Shown piece by piece: positions 17,397 through 25,896 of a DNA stretch of 35,797 nt. The stretch covers positions 1-35,797 of the forward strand of contig CAZONU010000003.1 in the NCBI GenBank assembly GCA_964581145.1, written 5' to 3'. Below the pieces are notes generated by a model. That model saw nothing but the letters and a program-made list of their open reading frames with translations, was not told where the DNA came from and did not search any database. The stretch is from an uncultured Planctomycetia bacterium (GTDB lineage: Bacteria; Planctomycetota; SZUA-567; JAKLDR01). Position numbers and translations under genes: made by a program. How positions within the stretch are numbered: the first letter of the stretch is position 1; each line of letters starts with the position of its first letter.

Positions 17397-18242
17397 CTAG
17401 AAGTGCAGCGCGACCTGCAGGTAGAAGCCCCGCCGGCTGCTCTCCAGGTGACTTAGGTCGTCGCCGTCGTCGGCCTTGAAGTGCTGCCATTCGTAGCCTG
17501 CGCCGAAGACCAGCGATTGGAACCTGTAGCCGATTCCTAGCGATGCGGCGACCCCGTAGGCGGAGTCGGAATCGTGCTCGAACACCTTGTTCCCGTTGAG
17601 CTTCCCCTCGCCATCAACGGTGATCCAGGGCAATACGGCCAGTTCGCCCGACAGGCACCACCCGCGGGCCGCCTCGCTCCCGTCGTAGGTGTCACCGAGC
17701 GCCCATTCGCCGCGCAGGCCCAGCTGGACCCCGATCCACTGGGCCTCGTAGTCAAAATCGTTCCCGCCGCCGGCATCGCACTCGAATTCCTCCTGGAAGC
17801 TGCGCATGCCCGCGAAGGCCTCGAGTTTGCTCCGAGGCAGTTCGTGGTTGACGATGATCGGCGAGGAGCGGCCGGCCAAGGTGACCGTAACGTTCAGCTC
17901 CATCAGCGTGAAGTCCGCGTCGCAGTCGAGCTCGCCGTCGAGCTCGCCATCGGAGTCGCTGAGGGTTATCCCGAAGCGCCCCTGCAGACCCACCCAGGGA
18001 ATCTTCGGGAGGTAAAACCGGACGTCGGCCGATCCCATCAGGTTGCTGTCATTGTCGAACCGGGCGCTTCCGCCCATCCCTCCGTACAGGGTGTGCCCCT
18101 CGCTGAACCACAGCTTCGCGGAAACCACCAGGGGGGATTCCTCGCTCCGGGAGAAGAGACCTGCACGCCCATCCTTGGACTCCCCTGCAGTCACGAAAGC
18201 CGCCAGCGACGCCAGAAAGACGCACAATACCGCTGTCCGCAT
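17397..18242 (-). CDS. Outer-membrane beta-barrel protein, function unknown
   Basis: It has a signal peptide (MRTAVLCVFLASLAAFVTAGES) and alternating aromatic/glycine beta-strand patterning. The C-terminus ends ...YLQVALHF, with the terminal Phe typical of OMPs. Confidence 0.65.
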   Translation of the reverse strand: MRTAVLCVFLASLAAFVTAGESKDGRAGLFSRSEESPLVVSAKLWFSEGHTLYGGMGGSARFDNDSNLMGSADVRFYLPKIPWVGLQGRFGITLSDSDGELDGELDCDADFTLMELNVTVTLAGRSSPIIVNHELPRSKLEAFAGMRSFQEEFECDAGGGNDFDYEAQWIGVQLGLRGEWALGDTYDGSEAARGWCLSGELAVLPWITVDGEGKLNGNKVFEHDSDSAYGVAASLGIGYRFQSLVFGAGYEWQHFKADDGDDLSHLESSRRGFYLQVALHF

Positions 18243-18319
18243 GGATTCGCCCCCCTCAGAGAGCCTGCCCGGCCGCGCCCCGATCGGGGCCGGCGACCCG
18301 GCGGCTGCTGGATGGCGAG

Positions 18320-18348
18320 AGTATAGCCAATACCCAGGGGACAGTCAA
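18320..18348 (-). promoter_or_regulatory. sigma70-like promoter for the beta-barrel gene (TTGACT-N17-TATACT, minus strand)
   Basis: The reverse complement of 18343-18348 is TTGACT and of 18320-18325 is TATACT, with a 17-nt spacer. It lies 78 nt upstream of the ATG at 18242. Confidence 0.55.
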
Positions 18349-18368
18349 GGAGCGGTGTCTCCAGTTAA

Positions 18369-18397
18369 GGGCGGGGGCCTTGTGACCCCCCCCGCCC
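18369..18397. repeat. GC stem-loop, copy 1 of a conserved promoter-upstream module
   Basis: GGGCGGGGG (18369-18377) pairs with CCCCCGCCC (18389-18397). On the minus strand the loop reads GGGTCACAAGG. A second copy lies at 20926-20955. Confidence 0.6.
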
Positions 18398-18571
18398 GTT
18401 GCCACCGCGCGCGCGGCCTCGACTGCCCGACCGCACGACCTCCCCGACTCCCTCCCTGTAGAGTGATGCCCTGCGGTCAACGGCTCTGCCCGGTAGAGTA
18501 GCGTTTCCACCGGCCGCTTGCAAGAGCATCCCCGCCGCGGGAGCCCGATGCGGACACCTGGGCTTTTCCGG

Positions 18572-18601
18572 TTGACAGGCCGCGGGGCCTCAGGCTACAG
18601 T
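18572..18601 (+). promoter_or_regulatory. Possible selD promoter (TTGACA-N18-TACAGT)
   Basis: TTGACA at 18572-18577 and TACAGT at 18596-18601. This implies a leader of about 220 nt before selD. Confidence 0.4.
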
Positions 18602-18829
18602 TGCCATTGCAGCGCAACCCGAGGCTTTAAGGAGACCGGCTGAAAGAGACTGACGCGGGAACAGGACCGGTCCGGTGGTGTTCGCGGCGTCCCAGTGAGA
18701 CTTTTCCATGAGAGCTTCCTTCCACTACTCCCCCGCCCGGCCGTTCCCGACCACCCCTGCCCGATCCCGCCGCCACCACCCAGCAGCGCTGACTCTCGCC
18801 CGCCGATCGCGCCGGCAGGAGCCGCCTTC

Positions 18830-19879
18830 ATGCCCGTAGACCTCTTCGAGATGACCGCCGAGTGCGGCTGCGCGGCCAAGGTCCCCGCCGGCCAGCTCTC
18901 CTGCATGCTCGGCGGGCTCGACCTGCCCGCGAGCCCCAGGCTGCTGGTCGGCCCCCAGACCCTCGACGACGCCGGCGTCTACCAGCTGTCGGAAACGGAA
19001 TGCCTGGTGCAGACCGTGGACTACTTCCCGCCGGTGGCCCGCGACCCCTACACCTACGGGCAGATCGCGGCGGCCAACTCGCTCAGCGACGTCTACGCCA
19101 TGGGCGGGGAGCCCCTCACCGCGCTGGCGGTGGCCTGCGTCCCGGCCAAGTCGCTGGACCCCCAGGTCATCCAGGAGATCACCCGCGGCGCGGTGGACAA
19201 GCTCAAGGAGGCCGGCGCGGTGCTGGCCGGGGGACACTCCGTCGTTGACCCCGCGCTGAAGTACGGGCTGTCGGTCACCGGCAGAGTGCATCCCGACGAG
19301 ATCCTGGACAACGCCGGCGCGCGACCGGGTGACGCGCTGGTGCTCACCAAGGCGCTGGGCACCGGCATCACCATCATGGCCGCCAAGGCGGGCCTGGCCG
19401 GCCGCGCGCAGGAGGAGGCCGCCAACCGGTCGATGGCGACGCTCAACGCCGAGGCCGCGCGCCTGGCGCGCGAGTGCGGCGCGGCCGCATGCACGGACGT
19501 CACCGGTTTCGGGTTCCTGGGCCACGCGCTGCAGATGGCCCGGGCCAGCGGCGTCTCGCTGGAGATTCACGTGAATAACCTGCCCAGGCTGGACAGTGTT
19601 CTGAAGTTTGCCGCAATGGGCCTGCTCGCCGGGGCCACCTACACCAACCGCAAGTACGTCGGCGGGGCGGTCGCCTTCGGTAACGACGTGGAGCTGGCCG
19701 AGCAGGATCTGCTCTTCGACCCGCAGACCTCGGGCGGCCTGCTGGTCGCCTGTCCCGCCGAGGAAGCCCAACGGATGGTCAGTCTGGCCGAAAGTATGCT
19801 CGCGACGCCGTGCGCTATCGTGGGCAGGGTCCTCGAGCGGGCGCAGGGACCCGCGATCCGCGTGAAGCGGACGCCGTGA
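18830..19879 (+). CDS. selD: Selenide, water dikinase (selenophosphate synthetase), Cys-type
   Basis: The ATG at 18830 has AGGAG 8 nt upstream. The N-terminal active-site motif is MTAECGCAAKVPAGQL. It also carries LVGPQTLDDAGVY, YAMGG, AGGHSV, TDVTGFG and DPQTSGGLL. There is no in-frame TGA. The track ORF is extended upstream to 18695. Confidence 0.9.
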   Translation: MPVDLFEMTAECGCAAKVPAGQLSCMLGGLDLPASPRLLVGPQTLDDAGVYQLSETECLVQTVDYFPPVARDPYTYGQIAAANSLSDVYAMGGEPLTALAVACVPAKSLDPQVIQEITRGAVDKLKEAGAVLAGGHSVVDPALKYGLSVTGRVHPDEILDNAGARPGDALVLTKALGTGITIMAAKAGLAGRAQEEAANRSMATLNAEAARLARECGAAACTDVTGFGFLGHALQMARASGVSLEIHVNNLPRLDSVLKFAAMGLLAGATYTNRKYVGGAVAFGNDVELAEQDLLFDPQTSGGLLVACPAEEAQRMVSLAESMLATPCAIVGRVLERAQGPAIRVKRTP

Positions 19880-19897
19880 AGGCGGAGACGTGAGGAA

Positions 19898-20125
19898 ATG
19901 CCGGAAACAGTCGACGCCCGCGGATTTTCCTGCCCGGTGCCGGTGATCAGGACCAAGCAGGCCCTGGAGAGGCTGGCCTCCGGGGAAGTGGTGGTGCTGC
20001 TCGACGAGGAGGTCGCCAAGGAGAACGTGAGCCGGCTGGCCCGCAGCCTGGGCTGGGAGGTCCAAGCCGCCGAGGACGCCGGGGAGTTCAAGCTGACCAT
20101 CCGCAAAGGAGCCGGCGGTGAGTGA
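19898..20125 (+). CDS. yedF: TusA/SirA-family sulfurtransferase-like protein (YedF-like selenium metabolism protein)
   Basis: The 75-aa product has the CPxP motif (DARGFSCPVPVIRTKQAL). It sits between selD and the yedE-like gene. Confidence 0.75.
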   Translation: MPETVDARGFSCPVPVIRTKQALERLASGEVVVLLDEEVAKENVSRLARSLGWEVQAAEDAGEFKLTIRKGAGGE

Positions 20126-20753
20126 CAGGGGCACCGGCTGGAAGGAGAAGTTCCCGCCGCTGGTGGTCATCAGCGGCCTGGTCCTCGGTCTCACGGCGAG
20201 CCTGCTGGTCTGCTTCGGCAACCCCGGGAACATGGGCGTGTGCATGGCCTGCTTCGGGCGGGACATCGCCGGCGCGCTGGGGCTGCACCGCGCTCCAGAT
20301 TTACAGTACCTCCGCTTCGCCGGCGGCATCCGCGACATGATCCTCTTCCGCTCGCCGCACCTCCTCTCCGGACTCGCGGCCGTGCTCGCCGGCGTCTTGG
20401 CCCTCAACCTGATCCTGGATTTCGCCCTGGTCGAGGACTTCTTCAAGCCGGGATTCAGCGGCCAACCCCCCGCGCACAACGTCCACCTGTGGAACTACCT
20501 GGGCATGGCCCTGGTGGGCCTGGGCTCGGTGCTGCTGGGCGGCTGCCCCTTCCGGCAGCTGGTGCTGGCCTCGCAGGGCAACGGCGACTCGGCCGTGGCC
20601 GTGCTGGGCATGCTGGCCGGCGCGGCCGCCGCGCACAACTTCGGCCTGAGCGCCTCCGGGCGGGGGGTGCCGGTCGCCGACATGGTCGCGGTGGGCATAG
20701 GTCTGGCTGCCTGTCTGCTGGTCGCCTCGACGGCCAGGCAGAAGACGGCCTGA
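20118..20753 (+). CDS. yedE: YedE/YeeE-family membrane protein, N-terminal-half-length version
   Basis: It starts at a GTG that overlaps the yedF stop. It carries the conserved motifs CFGNPGNMGVCMACFGRDIAGALGLH and LLGGCPFRQLVLASQGNGDS. It is only 211 aa, against about 400 aa for E. coli YedE. Confidence 0.65.
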   Translation: MSDRGTGWKEKFPPLVVISGLVLGLTASLLVCFGNPGNMGVCMACFGRDIAGALGLHRAPDLQYLRFAGGIRDMILFRSPHLLSGLAAVLAGVLALNLILDFALVEDFFKPGFSGQPPAHNVHLWNYLGMALVGLGSVLLGGCPFRQLVLASQGNGDSAVAVLGMLAGAAAAHNFGLSASGRGVPVADMVAVGIGLAACLLVASTARQKTA

Positions 20754-20769
20754 ATCCGGAGAACGGACC

Positions 20770-20901
20770 ATGGAATACGTAACCGACCCGCCGATCCGCC
20801 CCGAGGACCGGAGCAGAGACGCCTTCGAGGCCTGCCAGTATGGCGTCAACCGCCTCAAAAACATGACGGCGCTGAAGAAGAGCGAGGTCTTCGCGGATTA
20901 G
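20770..20901 (+). CDS. Small hypothetical ORF (43 aa) at the end of the selenium module
   Basis: The ATG at 20770 has GGAGAA 7 nt upstream. The product is MEYVTDPPIRPEDRSRDAFEACQYGVNRLKNMTALKKSEVFAD. It is not in the ORF track because it is under 60 aa, and I recognise no family. Confidence 0.25.
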   Translation: MEYVTDPPIRPEDRSRDAFEACQYGVNRLKNMTALKKSEVFAD

Positions 20902-20925
20902 GACGCCTGTCCGTTCTCGGGCAGA

Positions 20926-20955
20926 GGTGGGTCACAAGGTCCCACCCCCCGCCCT
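20926..20955. repeat. Stem-loop, copy 2 of the conserved promoter-upstream module
   Basis: GGTGGG (20926-20931) pairs with CCCACC (20941-20946). The loop contains TCACAAGG and is followed by CCCGCCCT (20948-20955). It is in the opposite orientation to copy 1. Confidence 0.6.
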
Positions 20956-20965
20956 CAACCTACGC

Positions 20966-20995
20966 TTGACTGCCTCCCCCGGAGGGGGTTAAACT
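20966..20995 (+). promoter_or_regulatory. sigma70-like promoter for ilvBN (TTGACT-N18-TAAACT)
   Basis: TTGACT at 20966-20971 and TAAACT at 20990-20995. Confidence 0.5.
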
Positions 20996-21007
20996 TCCAT
21001 GCTGTGA

Positions 21008-21042
21008 CGCCTCCGACCGGAATCGGAGGCGCCGGTTGTGTT
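21008..21042 (+). promoter_or_regulatory. Leader hairpin (attenuator-like) upstream of ilvB
   Basis: CGCCTCCGA (21008-21016) pairs with TCGGAGGCG (21023-21031) around a 6-nt loop. It is followed by CCGGTTGTGTT. Confidence 0.3.
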
Positions 21043-21070
21043 CGGCCCCCAGCAAGAGGAGACCCCTGCC

Positions 21071-22743
<1,673 letters not shown>

Positions 22744-22744
<1 letters not shown>

Positions 22745-23277
22745 TGCGGCACGTAATCAGCGCCCTGGTCCAGAACCGCCCGGGAGTCTTGAGCCACGTG
22801 GCCGGGCTGTTCTCCAGCCGGGGCTTCAACATCGACAGCCTGACCGTGGGCGAGACCGAGAACCCCGGCGCCAGCCGGATGACCATCGTGGCCCGCGGCG
22901 ACGAGAACGTCCTCGAGCAGATCCGCAAGCAGCTCGGCAAGCTGGTCAACGTGGTCAAGGTCCACGACTTCAGCCGGGTGGACTACGTGGAGCGCGACCT
23001 GTGCTTGCTCAAGGTCCACGCGCCGGCCGGCAAGAAGCCGGAGGTCATCATGCTCGGCGAGGCCTTCCAGGGCAAGGTGGTGGACATCACCCGCGGCGAG
23101 ATCATGTTCGAGGTCACCGGCCCGGAGGCCAAGATCAACGCCTTCATCGACACCCTGCGGCCCTACGGCATCAAAGAAGTGGTCCGCACCGGGCGGATCG
23201 CCATGGCCCGCGGCCCCAAGATGGAGGGCTCGGTGCGGGACCCCGCCCAGAGGAGGAGCGGCCCGGTCACCGGATGA
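22744..23277 (+). CDS. ilvN: Acetolactate synthase, small (regulatory, ACT-domain) subunit
   Basis: The sequence is MRHVISALVQNRPGVLSHVAGLFSSRGFNIDSLTVGETE...IVRTGRIAMARG. Its ATG shares one base with the ilvB TGA (TGATG). The track shows it only as the tail of the 21004..23277 ORF. Confidence 0.9.
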
Positions 23278-23288
23278 GGAGACAGCTC

Positions 23289-23516
23289 ATGCGCGAGAAG
23301 GTCGAGAAGGCCCTGGAGAGCATCCGCCCGCACCTGCAGGCCGACGGCGGCGACGTGGAGCTGGTCGAGGTCGGCGAGGACGGCGCGGTCAAGGTCAAGC
23401 TCACCGGCCACTGCGCCGGCTGCCCCATGGCCGAGATGACCCTCCAGCAGGTCATCGCCCGGCGGCTCAAGGAGCTGGTCCCCGAGGTCACCGGCGTGGA
23501 GGCGGTGCAGGAGTAA
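23289..23516 (+). CDS. NifU C-terminal-domain (Nfu-like) Fe-S cluster protein
   Basis: The 75-aa product reads VEKALESIRPHLQADGGDVELVEV.. and carries the CxxC motif (GHCAGCPMAEMTL). GAGGAG lies 6 nt upstream of the ATG. Confidence 0.8.
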   Translation: MREKVEKALESIRPHLQADGGDVELVEVGEDGAVKVKLTGHCAGCPMAEMTLQQVIARRLKELVPEVTGVEAVQE

Positions 23517-23562
23517 TCCTGCCGTCAAGACGCCCCATTTTTCAACGGACTGGTGGAAGACG

Positions 23563-23958
23563 GTGAGCCTGACCGCCGACTACTGCCTGGTCTGCGAGGC
23601 CCACGCCGAGAGCGCGGGCCGGCACTCGCTTATCAACGTCTTCGACGCCATCCACGTGGCCGCCTTCCCCTCGCGCATCCACAAGTGCTGCCTGGTGGCC
23701 CGGGTACACGGCGACCCCGGCGAGTACACCGGCCGGCTGCGCCTGGTGGCCTCCAGCTCCGAGGAGGACGTGGTCCCCCCGGTGCCGGAGGTGACCATCA
23801 ACGTGGAGGACGGGGTGCGGCCCTCGGCCTTCATGGCCTTCGAGCTGGCCGGGCTGCCCCTGCCCCGCGAGGGCTTCTACACCTTCAGGCTCGAACTCGG
23901 CGAGCAGCGCGTGGCCGAGTGCGAGATCTTCGCCGGCCAGGCGCCCAGGGAGGAGTGA
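23563..23958 (+). CDS. Hypothetical protein (131 aa, small beta-rich; I loosely recall a DUF6941-type family, unverified)
   Basis: It starts at a GTG and has coherent coding composition. The product is MSLTADYCLVCEAHAESAGRHSLINVFDAIHVAAFPSRIHKCCLVARV... Confidence 0.55.
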   Translation: MSLTADYCLVCEAHAESAGRHSLINVFDAIHVAAFPSRIHKCCLVARVHGDPGEYTGRLRLVASSSEEDVVPPVPEVTINVEDGVRPSAFMAFELAGLPLPREGFYTFRLELGEQRVAECEIFAGQAPREE

Positions 23959-23972
23959 GCTTGGCCTCCAAA

Positions 23973-25007
23973 ATGCTCGCGGTCCTCAAGGCCCGGCCCG
24001 AGCCCGGCGCCGAGCTCCGCGAGGTGGAGGTCCCCCGGCCCGGCCCCGACGAGGCCCTGGTCAGGATGCGGGCCTGCTCCATCTGCGGCACCGACAAGCA
24101 CATCTACAAGTGGGGCGCCTGGGGCGAGCAGCGCATCAAGCCCCCGCTGATCTTCGGACACGAGTGCGCCGGCGAGGTGGTCGAGGTCGGCGAGGCGGTC
24201 AGCGAGGTCGCCGGCGGCGACTACGTCTCGGTGGAGTGCCACGTCTACTGCAACCGCTGCCACCAGTGCGGCACCGGCAAGCGCCACATCTGCCGGGACG
24301 TGAGGATATTCGGCGTGGACTTCGACGGCTGCTTCGCGGAGTACTTCAAGGTCCCGGCGCGCTGCCTGTGGAAGAACGACCCGCGCATCGAGCCCGAAGT
24401 CGCCTGCCTGCAGGACCCCTTCGGCAACGCCACCTTCACGGTCTCCAGCTGCGAGGTCTCCGGCAGGACCGTCGCGGTGGTCGGCGACGGGCCCATCGGG
24501 GCCTACGCTTGCGGGGTGGCCCGGGCCTTCGGGGCCCGGCGCATCTTCGGTTTGGGGCTGGTGGACAGCAAGCTCGAACTCATGAAAAAGCTCGGCGCCG
24601 ACGAGGTCATCAACGTGCGCCGCACCGACCCCGTGCGCCACATCCGCGAGGCCACCCGCGGCGAGGGCGTGGACGTGGCCTTGGAGATGACCGGCGCGCC
24701 CCCGGCCATCAACCAGGCCGTGGAGCTCCTGCGCCGCGGCGGGGTGATGGCCGCCTTCGGCCTGCCCGAGGGCCCGGTGTCGGTCAACTGGGGCGAGGGG
24801 ATCATCTTCAAGGGCCTGACCGTTTACGGGGTCAACGGCCGGGAGATCTTCAACACCTGGGAGGAGATGACCCCGCTGCTGGCCGAGCGCCGCGTGGACC
24901 CCCGCCCGGTGACCACCCACAAGTTCAAGCTCGAACAGTTCATTGAGGCGATGGAGACGAGTCTCAACCCCAACATCGACGTCGGCAAGGTCGTCCTGAC
25001 CCCGTGA
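23973..25007 (+). CDS. tdh: L-threonine 3-dehydrogenase (Zn-dependent MDR family)
   Basis: MLAVLKARPEPGAELREVEVPRPGP aligns with the E. coli Tdh N-terminus. It carries CSICGTDKHIY, GHECAGEVVEVG, a structural-Zn Cys cluster (CNRCHQCGTGKRHIC) and GDGPIGAY. An alternative TTG lies at 23961, closer to GGGAGGAG. Confidence 0.85.
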   Translation: MLAVLKARPEPGAELREVEVPRPGPDEALVRMRACSICGTDKHIYKWGAWGEQRIKPPLIFGHECAGEVVEVGEAVSEVAGGDYVSVECHVYCNRCHQCGTGKRHICRDVRIFGVDFDGCFAEYFKVPARCLWKNDPRIEPEVACLQDPFGNATFTVSSCEVSGRTVAVVGDGPIGAYACGVARAFGARRIFGLGLVDSKLELMKKLGADEVINVRRTDPVRHIREATRGEGVDVALEMTGAPPAINQAVELLRRGGVMAAFGLPEGPVSVNWGEGIIFKGLTVYGVNGREIFNTWEEMTPLLAERRVDPRPVTTHKFKLEQFIEAMETSLNPNIDVGKVVLTP

Positions 25008-25015
25008 GGGAGCCA

Positions 25016-25137
25016 ACCACCAAGACACAAAGAGCACCAAGGGAAGAAGTGCATGTCCGCGGGTGAAGTTGCCCGTTATGCGCCTGGTATCCGCCGCGAA
25101 GGAAACCTCGTCTCGGTGTTCTTGGTGCCTTGGTGGT
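25016..25137 (+). promoter_or_regulatory. Nested long-range helices (CACCAAG/CTTGGTG repeats) between tdh and the HAD gene that could occlude the HAD ribosome-binding site
   Basis: ACCACCAAG (25016-25024) pairs with CTTGGTGGT (25129-25137). GCACCAAG (25034-25041) pairs with CTTGGTGC (25121-25128). The helices enclose a 28-codon ORF (25053-25139) that ends in Trp-Trp-stop. Confidence 0.3.
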
Positions 25138-25146
25138 GAGACATAA

Positions 25147-25836
25147 ATGATCAAGGCGCTGATCTTCGACTTCGACGGGCTGATAATCGACACCGAGACG
25201 CCGGACTACGAGGCCTGGCGCGAGACCTTCGCCGAGCACGGCGCGGTGCTGGCGTTGGAGGAATGGTCGGACTGCATCGGCCGGGAGTACGGCTTCATCG
25301 ACCCGGGCGCCCTCCTCGAAAAAAGGCTGGGCCGCGGGCTCGACCGGCCGGCGCTCAAGGCCAGGCGCAAGCAGCGCCTCAAGGCCATGATCGCCGAGCA
25401 GGCCGTGTGCCCGGGCGTGGTTGACTACCTCGACGGCGCGCGCGCGCGGGGCATCAGGAACGCGGTGGCCTCCAGCGCGCCGCGCAGGTGGGTGGCCCCC
25501 AAGCTCGAAGCCCTGGGCCTCGCCGGGAAGTTCGAGTGCGTGAAGTGCGAGGAGGACGCGGAGCGCGCCAAGCCCGCGCCGGACCTCTTCCTGGCGGTCC
25601 TGGAGGAGTTCGCGATTGCGCCCGCCGAAGCCATCGCCCTGGAGGACTCGCCCAACGGGGTCGCCGCGGCTGTCTCCGCCGGCATATTCTGCGTGGCCGT
25701 GCCCAACCCGGTGACGCGGCAGTTGAGGATCGAGGGCGCGGACCTCACCGTGGACTCGCTGGCCGGGCTGCCCCTGGAGGAACTGCTCAAGACGGCCTCC
25801 GCAGCGGTCCGCTCACCGGACCGCCGATGCCCTTGA
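25147..25836 (+). CDS. HAD-superfamily hydrolase (subfamily IA, beta-phosphoglucomutase/phosphatase-like)
   Basis: MIKALIFDFDGLIIDTE carries the DxDG motif I. VASSAP is motif II-like, and K...EDSPNGV matches motifs III/IV. Confidence 0.8.
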   Translation: MIKALIFDFDGLIIDTETPDYEAWRETFAEHGAVLALEEWSDCIGREYGFIDPGALLEKRLGRGLDRPALKARRKQRLKAMIAEQAVCPGVVDYLDGARARGIRNAVASSAPRRWVAPKLEALGLAGKFECVKCEEDAERAKPAPDLFLAVLEEFAIAPAEAIALEDSPNGVAAAVSAGIFCVAVPNPVTRQLRIEGADLTVDSLAGLPLEELLKTASAAVRSPDRRCP

Positions 25837-25861
25837 ACTCCCCGCGCGGCGCCGCTAGCAT
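25833..25861 (+). promoter_or_regulatory. sigma70-like promoter (TTGAAC-N17-TAGCAT) for the hydroxyacid dehydrogenase gene
   Basis: TTGAAC at 25833-25838 and TAGCAT at 25856-25861. GAGGAG lies upstream of the ATG at 25897. Confidence 0.4.
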
Positions 25862-25896
25862 CGCCCCCTGAACGCATCAGAGCGAGGAGCCCCCAG

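Noticed and set aside
18400-18830. Possible tRNA-Sec (selC), a SECIS element or an in-frame UGA associated with selD
   Set aside because: I found no cloverleaf-compatible sequence with a TCA anticodon loop or a T-loop (GGTTCGAATCC-like). selD has Cys (CGCAAK) rather than an in-frame TGA.
23553-25193. N-terminal 140 codons of ORF 23553..25007 and the antisense ORF 23877..25193
   Set aside because: The tdh similarity starts at the ATG at 23973. The upstream part overlaps the separately coherent 131-aa ORF in another frame. The antisense ORF is compositionally implausible.
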